Shown in pieces: positions 10,321 to 21,700 of a stretch of DNA of 64,000 nt. The translations under genes were made by a program, and so were the position numbers. Under the pieces are notes generated by a model, which searched no databases, had not been told where the DNA came from, and worked only from the letters and a program-made list of their open reading frames with translations. Numbering within the stretch: position 1 is the stretch's first letter; each line of letters opens with the position of its first letter. Origin of the DNA: Prorocentrum cordatum (lineage: Eukaryota); the NCBI GenBank assembly GCA_963575745.1, contig CAUYUJ010000336.1:1-64000 (forward strand). Direction: 5' to 3'.

Positions 10321-13300
10321 GACAACCAACTGTTTTTTTGGCAGCGCGTCCGTGGCCGAAAGAGGAAACGGAGGGTCAGGAGAGGGAGAGAAACGGGAGT
10401 GGTGGACGTCCCCAGAACATAGGAAGCGAGCCCTCGGGGTGCCTCCGAACCGATGTCCAGGAGAGTTGGGACAGTCAGGGAACTGTAGGAGCAAGAAAGG
10501 GGCAGCCGTTATCTGTCGACTGAGGAGGAGGATGGAGCAGGAAATGGAGGAGGAGGGATAATGAGAAGGAAGAGGCTGAGGAGAAGGAGGAGGAGGAGGA
10601 GAGCCAGCAGAAGGCCCGAAGCTTTTGACTGCCTCTCGGAGTCTCTTGGGATGTCTCTTGGTGGATTTCTTGGCAACCCATGGCCGAAGACGGCGAGCTG
10701 ACGGCCCCAGAGGTCCCCGATGAAGCTTCCGAAAGGCCAAAAGCATCAAGCACGCATGGCTTTCTCAACACTGTTATCATTTACGTTATGTTGCTTTCGC
10801 AGCAGCCAAGACCGCCTCTGTGGCCCCCAATATTGTCCAGAGACGGTCCAGGAGGCCTCCAAGAGCATCACCACAGCCCAAGGCGGCGCCAAGATGGCCC
10901 AAGAGGCCCCCAAGACGAGCCCAGGAGGCCCGTGAGACGTCCCAAAGACGCCCAAGAAACGCCCAAAGACTTTCGACAGAGGGCTCCAAGAGGGCCTCCG
11001 AGGGCGTCTGTCGGACCGCGAGCGCTCTAAGGCAGCCCAAGGGGCCACCCAGAGACCCCAACAGGTTTTCAAAAGGCTCCAAAAAGACCCCAAGAGGCTA
11101 CCAAGAGGCCCCCAAAAGCTCCCCCAGAGGGTCCAAATAGGTTCCAACGAGACCCGCCCCCAAACCATACCAATTGGACGAGATGAGAGCTTGAAGACGG
11201 CCCGAGAAAGCCACATAACTGCTTAAGAAGCCGTTCGGATAGTTCAGGAGGCCCTCATGATGCTTGCATTGTTTCGCATTGAGGCGTATGGGTGTATCCT
11301 TACATTTAATGTGTGCCTGTTGGGTCCGCAGTCTTGCTACTTATTCGCGGCAACAGTGGGTAACCACTGGAGTGCAGTTGTGAGTTGGCCACGGACTGGG
11401 CCTTGCTGGAACCCAAGCGCGCACGAGGCGCGCGCGTGGTTCTGGTCCACATGTGTTTTGCCAAGACCTTGAATTATCACAGCACGTCGGACCAACATGT
11501 ATCCCCCCTTCTCCCAAATTCAAGGTTGACGGGTTTAGGCGGTAGGCTGAAAGCCAGGGACAAAATGTGGACACTTCAACTTTGGGTTTCGGGGGGAGGG
11601 GTGCGAAGCAGGGGCATTTCGCAGTTGTGGCTGTTATCATGTTGCGTTGCCTTACCGCCATGGGTGTGGACATTGTTTGTCTGGGCGCCGGCGGCCCCAA
11701 ATCGCTTTCGAGAGATGTCAGACAGCCGTTCAGGCGGCCCTGGACGGCCCCAAGTCACCCCCAAGGCGGCCTCCAAGGGTTTCAGAGGCTGCAGACGCCT
11801 CAAGAGACGACGCTCAAGACAGCCCCGACGGCCCCAGGAAGCACTCCAGGACGCCTCCGGGAAGGCCAAAACCTTCAAATCCAATGGCCAATGCGAGATC
11901 TATGATTTTGCCTTCTCGCCTTGTCGCTTCCGATGGTCTGCTGAGTTCGCAAGTCCGCCCCCAAGGCGCCCCCGCAAAGCTCTGTGGCCATTTCAGCTCA
12001 AGTCCTCTCCTTGTTTGACCGCGTGTTCCCAGTCCTGCGACGGCAAGTCCGCTACGCGCGATGTCGCTGCAGCACAACATGGCCCGCCTTCGCAGCGCCG
12101 AACAGTCTGCGAGTCGTCCTTCACGTTCTCCGTCATCGACCTCAAGCAGAGCACTCAGTCTCGCCCTCCTCTCACGGAGGAGGAGCTCACCGCCTTCAGG
12201 CCGCCCCCTCGGTGCCCCGCAAACGGCAGTACCGCCGAGCTTCAGACGGCGGCGGACGAGCCGATACGCTGGGCGGGGGCGGCGGTCTTGGCGCTCCGCA
12301 GGAACCCCAGGTCCACAGAGTCTCAGGAGTCGGAGAGGGGAGAAGCGACGCCAACACCACCCAGGGGGCCACCTCCAGCGTGTAGGCTGGGGACTGCTCG
12401 AGCGAGAGGAATGACCGCACCGCCAGGGGGGCCCCTTTGCTCCTCGCATCTCCTCGTCCTGGTGGTGTTGGCGTCGCCTCCCAGAGATCCGACGTCGTGG
12501 TATTTTTCAACGCGGGGTCCCTGGAAGTTTCGACCCATTCCCCAGGACCGGCTTTTCATTTTGAGTCGTTTTTAGACGCTCCCGAGGCCCGGCGAGGTCT
12601 TCTAGAGACCGAAAGCGGCGAACAACTCCCGTCTAGGCGTTTTCAACACGTTGGATCTCTGGGCCCCCTCGCTCCCGCAGAAGCGCGCCGCCGCGGAGGC
12701 CACGGGGCCCACAGTGCCCGTCAGGGGGGCAGCGCTCGCGGGCGCCTCGCTCCGGCCGGGGGCCCGGGCGTGCAGCTCGCTTTCCGGGGGCGCGCCGCCG
12801 AGCTCGTAGGGCGGAGGCGGGGGCGCGCCGCTCGCAGGGCGCAGGGGCGGTCCAGCGCGGCCTGCTGGCGCACAGATCGCGTTTCGGCGTCCATGCACGT
12901 AAACTTTGGCGCTCCGCGCAGATTTCTTGGATCCGCGCTTGGGCCCCCCCTGCGGCGCCTCAGGCGCCGCCCTGGCGCGCTCCGCGCGCCAGGGAGGGCT
13001 CCGCGCGCCAGGGGGGGGTCCAGCCCGGATCCAAGAAATCTGCGCGGAGCGCCACAAGTTAATGTTTATGCCGTTCGTTCTTCTTCTAGTGTCAGCAGGC
13101 AGTCGTCGAAGAGGCGGGGCTTCTGTGATGCGAGGGGGCCATTGGCTGGCCTCGCCGTCCTTTCCCGGCTGAGAGCCGCGCGCTGACAGACCGAGACACC
13201 TCGACCAGCCTCGACCCACGCGAGCAGGTATGTTCGCCTGGTGTCGGGTATGCAGTTACGGCTCCCTCAAGGTTTTATTTCAGAGTTTGGATCATGCGGC

Positions 13301-13391
13301 CTGCAGACATGGAGTCTGCCGTCCCCCGAGGGTTCTGACTCTTGGCGGGCTTGAGAGTTCATCTTTACTACTTGATATCAATACTTTGTTA

Positions 13392-13411
13392 TCTCTCTCG
13401 CTCAGGCTCTG

Positions 13412-13462
<51 letters not shown>

Positions 13463-13491
13463 GTCTTTCCCTCTTTCACTCGCTGCCTCTC

Positions 13492-13539
<48 letters not shown>

Positions 13540-13540
13540 C
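13392..13540. repeat. (CT)n microsatellite
   Basis: Direct reading. A second (CT)n tract lies at about 13846-13878. Confidence 0.95.
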
Positions 13541-13844
13541 CCCCCTCCCTGCGGCACTAGTCCAGCTGATAGCCAGGCGAGTTGCCTTGACCAGGGAAGC
13601 GCTGGGGCAGGCATGGGAGGTTGACGCTGACATGCGCTTCCAGTTTTCGCGTTGTCACCGCCCGTGGCCGCAGAAGTCTGCCCCTTGCGGTGGCATGCGT
13701 TCCTGGATTCCCAGATGCTCTTAGGCTTTTCGTGGAAGCGAGCCACGCGATGCCATGTAGGCCCAATGCGTGCTAGTTCGCCCCGTCCGTGCAGGGCGCT
13801 GGCCAAAACGCCAGCAGTAGCCATCCCAATGTACGGAGAATCTG

Positions 13845-13881
<37 letters not shown>

Positions 13882-14079
13882 TTGGGAGTCCGTACCAACA
13901 TGGGGACCTGAGTTTCACCGCGTTGCTTCCTGTTTCTCCTCGAGCTGTCGGCGCCGCGGACAGTCAGCGAGCTGACAGACCGCAGTTAGCAGCGAGCTCG
14001 GCGGGGTTCGGTGTTTCGCGAAGGCCTTACGGCCGGTGCCGCCGACCTTGAAGACGCCGAGGAAAAGGCTTCCGCGGGT

Positions 14080-14500
14080 TAGGAGTGCCGAGGGCAGGAG
14101 GGAAACCAGGAGGGGGGCGCGGGTCGGTTCTGGGTGCAAAAGTGCGGTTCAGAAAGGCCTGGCGGACAGAGCTTCCGTGGGTGTGGGGTGCCGAGGCCAG
14201 GAGGGGCGCCAGGACGGGGGCGCGGGTCGGTTTTGGGCGCGGAACTGCGGGGTGGGGGTTCGCAAGCACAGTTCAGTGCGTTGGGGGTGCCGAGGCCAAG
14301 GGGGGGGCCAGGAGGGGGCGCGGGTCGGTTCTGCAGGGCGGGGGGTCCCAAAACAGAGTTTCTGTGGGTTGGGGGTGCCGAGGCCAATGGGGGGGGGGCC
14401 AGGAGGGGGGCGCGGGTCGGTTTCGAGCGCGAAATTGCAGGGTGGGGGGTCAACAAAAACACAGCTGCCGTGGGTTGGGAGCGCCGGGGCCAGGAGTGGG
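14080..14500. repeat. G-rich minisatellite, about 90-100 bp unit, 4-5 copies
   Basis: Recurring GTGCCGAGG...CCAGGAGGGGGCGCGGGTCGGTT at about 14085, 14188, 14287 and 14375. Confidence 0.8.
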
Positions 14501-15242
14501 GCCGCGGAGGAGACCGAGAAGGAGAGCGTTGGTGGTGGATGTTGGAAGTTGGCCATAGTTGTGTCAATTGAGTCGCGCACACGCCTCTGGGGTCGGCGGA
14601 CTAAGGACCAGTGATGAACCCCTTTCCGAAGGGGAAGAAGGGTTTGTGGAAGGGGGAAGAAACACATCGTTAGGCCGCATGTCGCCCAAAGGGCTGGCGG
14701 GATTCGGACCCCCCCCCCCCCCGGGATTATCAGCACCCCCTCGGGGTGTGCAGTTTACATACGATTCCGCCCCGTCGCTCATTCGACACTTGAAGTCATA
14801 TGATCCTAGCCAAGCCGGGTTCCCCCCCGGCCAACCATCTTCTGCAATAACATACCATGCGGACATACTCCTTCATCTTCACATGTTTCCCATAATCGCG
14901 ATCATAAGAAAACGAGACGAAGTGCACACCCGCGCGTCGTCGCGCGCGCAGCCTGAAATCCAAAAACCTCCGTATTCGTAAGGAATTCAACGCCGAGTGT
15001 CTCGAAACCATATGCAGCAACAGCTGGCCACATACTATTCCCGAAGCCAAACACCATTTTGCTAATTTTAAAGATAACCATTGACATGTCTATCAAATGC
15101 GACGAAGCGCGCCCCTCGCGTGCGCATGTCGTAAACCTTTGAACGCCTTTGCGCGCGTGCTGTCGCAAGAGTCCCTTGCTAACAACGGGACGGAGTGCAC
15201 GCGCGCGTCGTCGCGCGCGCAAGCCGAAAGTCTTCAGAGACT

Positions 15243-16970
15243 TTATGCGGATCATGTCATTCCGCTGGGCCCGCCAGCAACCCACGAAGGTGGCGACAGT
15301 TTTGCACTTCGCAGCCCCCTAGGGCCGGCGAGGCCTCATTCTGGTTCGCGTATCACGCCACCCCGCTGGATCCGCCAGCAGCCATCGAAAGTGGCGACCG
15401 TCTCGCTGCTCGCAGCCCCCAGGGACAGCAAGGTCTCATTCTGATATGTCGTAGGAGCCATCGGAATCGGGAACAATTTCGCAGCTCGCACTTCGCAGCC
15501 CCCAGCGGCGGCCAGGCCTCATTCTGATTCGCGTAGGACGTGACGCCGTTGGGCCCCCAGGAGCCCACGAAGGTGACGACAGCTCCGCTGTTCGCAGCCC
15601 CCAGGGACGGCGAGGTTTCATTCTGATCCGCAGAGATCGTCACGCCGCTGGGCCCGCCAGAAGCCCACGAAAGCACCGGCAGCATCATGGCTCGCAAGCC
15701 TCAGGGGCGGCGAGGTCTCATTCTGATCCGCGTAGGACGTCACGCCGCTGGGCCACCCAGAAGCCAAGGAGAGCGGCGACACTTTCGCATTTCGCAGCCC
15801 CCCAGGGGACGTCGAGGTTTCATTATGATATGCGTGTGTCGTCAATTCGCTGGACCTCCCAGGACCTCCCAAACGTGACGTCAGTTTCGCAGTTCGCAGC
15901 CCGCAGGGACGGCGAGATCTCATTCGGATCTGCGTGTGGTACCACTCCAGTGGACCTCCCAGGAGCCCCTGAAAGTGGCGACAGCTTCGCAGCTGCAGGC
16001 CCCAATCCCAGCGAGGCCTCAGTTTAACCCGCGTCGGACGTCACGCCGCTGGGCCATTCAGAAGCTCACGAGAGTGGCGACATATTCGCATGTCGCAGTC
16101 CCCAGGGATAGCGAGGACTCATTCTGATCTGCGTATGACGTCACTCCGCTGGACCTCCCAGAGGCACACGAACGTGGCGACTGTTTCGCCGTTCGCGGCC
16201 ACTTCAGGGACGGCGAGGCCTCATTCTGATCTGGGCGTGGCATCACCCCGCTGGGTTCCCAGGAACCCACGAAAGTGGCGACAGCTGGCGAGGCCTCATG
16301 ACGATATGCGAATGGCACCACTCAGCTGGACCCACCGGGGGCCCACGAAAGTGGCGACGGTTTCGCAGCTCGCGGCCTCCAGGGACGGCGATGCCTCATT
16401 CTGATCTGTTTGTGGCACCGTTTCGCTGAGCCTCCGAGGAGCCACCGAAACCAGCGACAGTTTCGCAGTTCGTATCCACCAGGGGCGGGGAGGTTTCTTT
16501 CTGGCCTGCATGTGGCACCACTCCGCTGGGCCTCCCAAGAGCCCCTGGAAGTGGCAACAGGTTCGCTGTTCGCAGCCCCCAGGGACGACGACGCCTCATT
16601 CTGATCTGCGGATCATGTCACTGCGCTGAGCCCGCCAGCAGCCCACGAAGGTGGCGACAGTTTTGCACTTTGCAGCCCCCCAGCGCCGGCGAGGCCTCAT
16701 TCTGGTTCGCGTATCGCGCCACCCCGCTGGATTTCCCAGGGCCTACGAGCGTGGCGCAATTTCGCAGTTCACGGCCCTCAGGGACGGCCAGGCTTCATTC
16801 GAATTTGCGTATGAAGTCACTCCGTTGGGCTTCCCCGGAGTCCACCAAGGTAGCGACATTTTCGCAGTTCGCAGCCCCCACGGACGGCGAGGCCTCATTT
16901 TTTGTCTGCGTATGAGACCACTTCGTTGGGCCTCCCAGGAGCCCACGAACGTGGCAACAGTTTCGCTGGG
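15243..16970. repeat. Diverged about 100-bp satellite, about 17 copies
   Basis: The motif GGCGAGGCCTCATTCTGATC...GTCACGCCGCTGGGCC...CACGAA...GGCGACAGTTTCGCAGTTCGCAGCCCCCAGGGAC recurs about every 100 bp (e.g. CATTCTG at about 15337, 15437, 15619, 15719, 16120, 16397, 16597). Confidence 0.9.
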
Positions 16971-17054
16971 CCCTCTTGGCCTGTCGTGGCCCGTTTGGGA
17001 GCGGGCCGCGGCAGTCTCGGGAGCCTTGGGACACCCCCGAAGCCTGGTGATGTC

Positions 17055-17240
17055 TGTGGAATCATATGGCTCCCTCTCGTCCTGACTATCCGTGCTTTTC
17101 TGTGTTTGTGTCTGTTGTATGCTTGCTTGTGCACAGCGCCGTGACTGACGCTTTGGCTCAAGCCATTCTGTGTGCGTTGAGTGCAAAGGCATCCCTTTCA
17201 GTACATTTTGCGATGGCCGCCTGAACCCGTCGTGCCCACA
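17055..17240 (+). repeat. 5' LTR (186 bp)
   Basis: TGTGGAATC...GTGCCCACA. It matches 25833-26018 except for two transitions (GCAAAGG/GCGAAGG and CATTTTG/CATCTTG). Confidence 0.98.
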
Positions 17241-17241
17241 G

Positions 17242-17259
17242 TGGTAGCGGAGCGTGGTT
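17242..17259 (+). promoter_or_regulatory. Primer-binding site, probably for initiator tRNA-Met
   Basis: TGGTAGCGGAGCGTGGTT begins 1 nt after the LTR. It starts with TGG (complement of CCA) and resembles the complement of eukaryotic iMet tRNA 3' ends (TGGTAGCAGAG...GGTT). Confidence 0.85.
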
Positions 17260-17373
17260 CACCGAACGACTTCCGGAAGCGAGGCCCAGGGCGGGTGCGC
17301 AGCTGGAGGACGGTTCACAGATCTACGGCAGGGCGAGGGCGACCTACGAGGGTGCAAGTACTGAAGACGGGTG

Positions 17374-18795
17374 ATGAGTCATTCGAGCGCAGCTGCCTCA
17401 GCTAGCAGAGGTGCTCTTGTTAGCCCTCGAGGCGGCAGGGAAGGGCTGACAGACGCAGACATCGACAAGATTGCAGGCAGAGTGGCCCAGATGATACGGC
17501 TGGGCACAGGGGCTGCGCCGGCCTCGGCGCCACCTGAGGGCGCACCTAACCTCCAGGGGCTCGCCGGTCAAGATCAGAGCGCGGCTCCATCTCACGAAGC
17601 AGGCTGGAGCGTGGTCGACGACCCCTGGACGGAACACGATCCGTGGCGAGAAGAGTGGAGAGCGAAGGATGCGCGGGCAGAAGAGGACAAGCTAACACCA
17701 CCATCCATGATGGCATCAGACACCTGGAAGGAGTGGAGAGACAGACCCGGGCGCCAACAGACCTGGGATCAAGACTACTCGTGGCAGAGCTGGGGTAGTC
17801 AAGGCAGCACGTGGCAGCACGACCGCGGCTGGTGGCAGGGCCAGTGGACCCAACCCAGGCCAGCACCATCCTGGCCAGGCTGGGAGAGATTCAGGCTGCG
17901 GAAGCAGTACGTGCAGCGCTGGAAGAACGGCCTGAACTTGAGCGAGGCTCAGGCAGCAGACAGACTGCTAGAGATCCTGCCCTGGGAGATCCGGGCGACC
18001 CTCGAGGACGTCCCGGATAGCGAGCTGACGGTCGAGCTCATACTGAAGAGGATGGGCCTCAAGTCCGGTGAGCGCGAGGACGACGACCTCTACCGGACGG
18101 GCAGCGAGGCCATGCAGGACACGGAGAGGAAGAAGGATGAGGACCTGCACACCTTCGCAGAGCGACGCCGACGCCAATTTGACAAGGCGAAGAGCATCGG
18201 GATGGAGATCCCACAGAAGATCCAGGGCATGCTGCTGATGCAAGGAGCTCGTCTCAACGAGCAGGGCAGACAGAACCTCAAGAGCCTGACGAAGGGCTCG
18301 ATGCTAGGCGAGGACATCCTCTGGGCGCTGCCCAAGCTGGACACCGGAGGAAAGATCTGGAGCGACGGCAAGCAATCATCACTATTGAGTATGGGACTGG
18401 AGGAGGCACTGCCAACTCCCGAGGTCCAGCGGGCAGAGACCGGGCCGGTCGAGGAGCCGATCTACGAGTGGTCGTACTGGGCCGACGAGCTGGACTCGGA
18501 GGACGAGGCCATGGTTCTCGTCGAGCTCTCCGAGAAGGGCCTCGCGGAGCCAGAGGTGGTCGAGACCTTGGCACAGATCGGCAAGACCAAGAAGACGTGG
18601 AAGGAGAACCAGCAGCTGAAGACTGCGCTCAAGCGGGATCGGGGCTTCTGGAAGAAGAAGCGCCGGCTCACCCCAACACAGCTGAAGTTGATCACGAAGT
18701 GCGGCAACTGTGGAGAAGTAGGGCACTGGCACAAAGAGTGCAAGAATCCTCATCGTCCCAGAGAGCGAGATGGCAAGGGCAAATCTCGGTCTTGA
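17374..18795 (+). CDS. gag: Gag polyprotein with C-terminal CCHC zinc knuckle
   Basis: First ATG at 17374. CGNCGEVGHWHKEC (CX2CX4HX4C) at 18700-18741. Ends at TGA 18793-18795. Confidence 0.93.
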   Translation: MSHSSAAASASRGALVSPRGGREGLTDADIDKIAGRVAQMIRLGTGAAPASAPPEGAPNLQGLAGQDQSAAPSHEAGWSVVDDPWTEHDPWREEWRAKDARAEEDKLTPPSMMASDTWKEWRDRPGRQQTWDQDYSWQSWGSQGSTWQHDRGWWQGQWTQPRPAPSWPGWERFRLRKQYVQRWKNGLNLSEAQAADRLLEILPWEIRATLEDVPDSELTVELILKRMGLKSGEREDDDLYRTGSEAMQDTERKKDEDLHTFAERRRRQFDKAKSIGMEIPQKIQGMLLMQGARLNEQGRQNLKSLTKGSMLGEDILWALPKLDTGGKIWSDGKQSSLLSMGLEEALPTPEVQRAETGPVEEPIYEWSYWADELDSEDEAMVLVELSEKGLAEPEVVETLAQIGKTKKTWKENQQLKTALKRDRGFWKKKRRLTPTQLKLITKCGNCGEVGHWHKECKNPHRPRERDGKGKSRS

Positions 18796-21700
18796 GGGGC
18801 CGAGATCGAGGCCTTCACGTTCACAGCGATCGGCGCGGGCGACGACCAGGACTTCAACATCGACGGCATCACGGTCCTGGGCAGGGAGGTGCTGGCGACC
18901 CTCAGGGAGATCGTCAGCTCGGAGACTACGGAGCTCTCGCTGCTGATTCTCGAGGGCGGCCTGATCATCGTGGACAGCGGTGCCTCCCAGGCTATCATAG
19001 GCCGCCGGGCTTTGAAGGAGCTCGAGGGAGATCTGCAGCAACGAGGCCTGCGGATCAACTGGATCGAGAAGAGCGTCCAGACACCTCGGGGTATCGGCGG
19101 ATCGGCCACGCTGGTCGGAGTCGCCGTGGTGCCCATCTCCATCGGTGGCAAGAGCGGGACCATCGAGTTCGTGGTGACGAAGGAGGACCTGCCGCCACTC
19201 TTACCAGGCGGGTTTCTCGAGCAGTTCGGCGCAGTGCTGGACTACGAGAAGGAACTTCTCATTTTGAAGAAGTTGGACTGTGAGACTGAGCTCCACCGGA
19301 TCGGGAAGAACCATCGGGGGATCTACATCAACGACTGGCGCGGGACGGAGAGCAGCTTCTCTCCCAGCTCGCGTGCCTTGCCAGCTGGACTCAGCTCGGA
19401 CGCCTTCCGAGCCCCGACTGAAAAAGAAGACGTACTCTCTTGGAAGGATCCCTCCAGGCCTCAGAAGGAGAGAAACGACCCCACAGGAGCCCCCGCACCT
19501 CAGAGAGATCCCGGGAGCCTGCATACCGACTACAGCAGTTCGAAACCAGTGATGCCTTCCTCCAACCACGACTCCCGCCACATCTCCAACCCTGTAGCTG
19601 ATCTGGCTCAAACATCGAGCCAGGCACAACCACCAAGCTCACCGCGAGATCCGCCTCAAGTCGATGCGGGACCGCCCAGACTTGGACATCTCAGAGAGGG
19701 TCAAGATCCAGTGGATCAGGCTGCTGCATGCCGGACTGATGTGGACACAGACCCTCATGGACAAGTTCTTTGCTCTGAACAGGCGCGGGAGACTCTTCCC
19801 GGGAAAGGAGCTCCGTCGGAGGATGGTGGAGGACCCCAGGCTGGTGAACGACCTCTACGAGTACCGGGTTCCGATGACGGCTCCCTTGGCGGACGGGTCG
19901 GTGCCTTGGACGCTCTGTGTGCACCGCCCCAGGTGGTTCGTGACCTCCCACAACCAGTACGGGAACTGGGAGCAGTGCAACAAGTGCAAGGTGAGGACGT
20001 CCTATCGAGAGATCGGGTACCGCGGGGGCGGCCACCGACAGATGACGGCACCGGAGATGAGGAAGCTCAAGCAGCAGCTCCCGCGCGACGTCAGGCCCCT
20101 GAGCTCGGCAGGCTCGGCGATGCGGGAGGGCGCAGCTCCGGCTCCGAGTCGACGCGTGGCGTCGGCGCCGAACGACGAGAACACCTGGTCGAGCTTCAAC
20201 CAGGAGCCCCCGCCACCGTGGGCATCAGAGATGGTGCGAGGCCTGTCGGCAGCAGTGGCCGAGGCGATGGCGGCATCCACGGGGCCGATGACAGCAGCGA
20301 TACGCGAGCAGTCCGTGACGCTCTCGCACATGGTGGCCACGATGCAGCAGATGGCGTCAGAGTCTCCAGCAGCAGGCGGAAGTGCGGACTCCAGCTCGCC
20401 GACACCGCCAACCGGTCCGCCACCGACGACCACCGGGGCATTGCCAAACCTCGGGTTCACCATGGTGGAGGAGGTCCCGGCGGACACCGACATGAGGGGC
20501 AACTGAGAGAGAGCGGCGTGCTGCGGCTACTTGGCGACAAGTCTCGACAGGAGTGCTGGCTTCGAATCCCTACCTCTCGCAGTTTACACAGAGAGGCCAG
20601 CGCTGTTCTGGAGCAGGCCAGGGCCAACGGCCGGTGCTACCGGATCGATCAGGAGGCTTTGGAGAAAAGCGAAGGCCCTCTATCTTCTCCCTCATCCCGT
20701 CTCAATCTCCCCTCTGTTCCTGCCTGGCAGTGTGAGTCCGACGACGGGCGATACCGACTCTGGGTCAGCACCTACACATCCACCTATCAGGGTAGACCCA
20801 ACTCTACCGAAGGCGGGTCTGCGGGTGCGGGGTTCTACTACGTTGTCCCTCTCCAGAGCTACCTGTCTATCACGACGCTACGCGGCTCCGAGCTACATCA
20901 CGACTCCGACGACACGCTAGCTAATCTAACGGGCCTGGACAACTACACTCACCAGTTCAAGGTTGACCAGAGGAGTAAGCGTCGTCTTCGTCAGAGTCTC
21001 CGAGGTCTTGGAAGAGTATCGGGATCCGACTCCTGGGGATTCGAGTTTGTTGAAGTTTTCTCACCTCCTCGCACGGCAAAGGTCTCCTCTCAGCTGGGCT
21101 CCAGGGGCTCACCGACTGGTGGCAGCTTAGACTTAACCACGGGCTGGGATTTCCGACGTACGGATCACCGGGAGCTAGGAAAGCGGTTGATCAAGAAGTG
21201 GCGTCCATGGTTGGCATTTCTCAGTCCTCCCTGCACTGAATTCGCCGCCATCAACGCAGTCAACGATGAGCGGCGAGATCCGATCGAGATGGCCCGAGCG
21301 CGTGGAGAAGCATTGGACCTGTGGGCGTACGCGATGGAGATAATCGAGCTTCAGATCTCGGGCGGTCGCAAGTTCGCTCTGGAACAACCTACTACTGCGA
21401 CCTCTTGGGCTCTTCCCAGTACTCAGAGGCTTCTGGAGCTCCCGGGCGCATCCAGGATCACGTTTGACATGTGCAGGTTTGGGCTCTCGGTCAGGCCTGG
21501 CACGATTTCCAAGAAGCCAACCACTGTGGTCTCCAACGACTGTGAAGTTTACAGGGCTCTCTTGGGAAAACGGTGTGCCGGGGACCACCGACATTTGGTG
21601 CTGGAGGGAGGCGGTCTGCCACGACGCGCGGCATGCTATCCTACTAAGTTCTGCAAGACCATAGCCCACGCGGTTCACCGATCCGCAGAGCTTCAGCAGC

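Noticed and set aside
7876..10325. Long poly-I, poly-M, poly-D and poly-S ORFs (also 56348-56975 and 59810-60937)
   Set aside because: These are translations of trinucleotide microsatellites.
11385..13200. 396-aa and neighbouring GC-rich ORFs
   Set aside because: No recognisable motifs, composition typical of chance GC-rich frames, and partly made of CCCCAAG repeats.
18793..18795. Selenocysteine recoding of the gag-pol UGA
   Set aside because: No SECIS was identified and the position is a domain linker, so generic readthrough is the simpler explanation.
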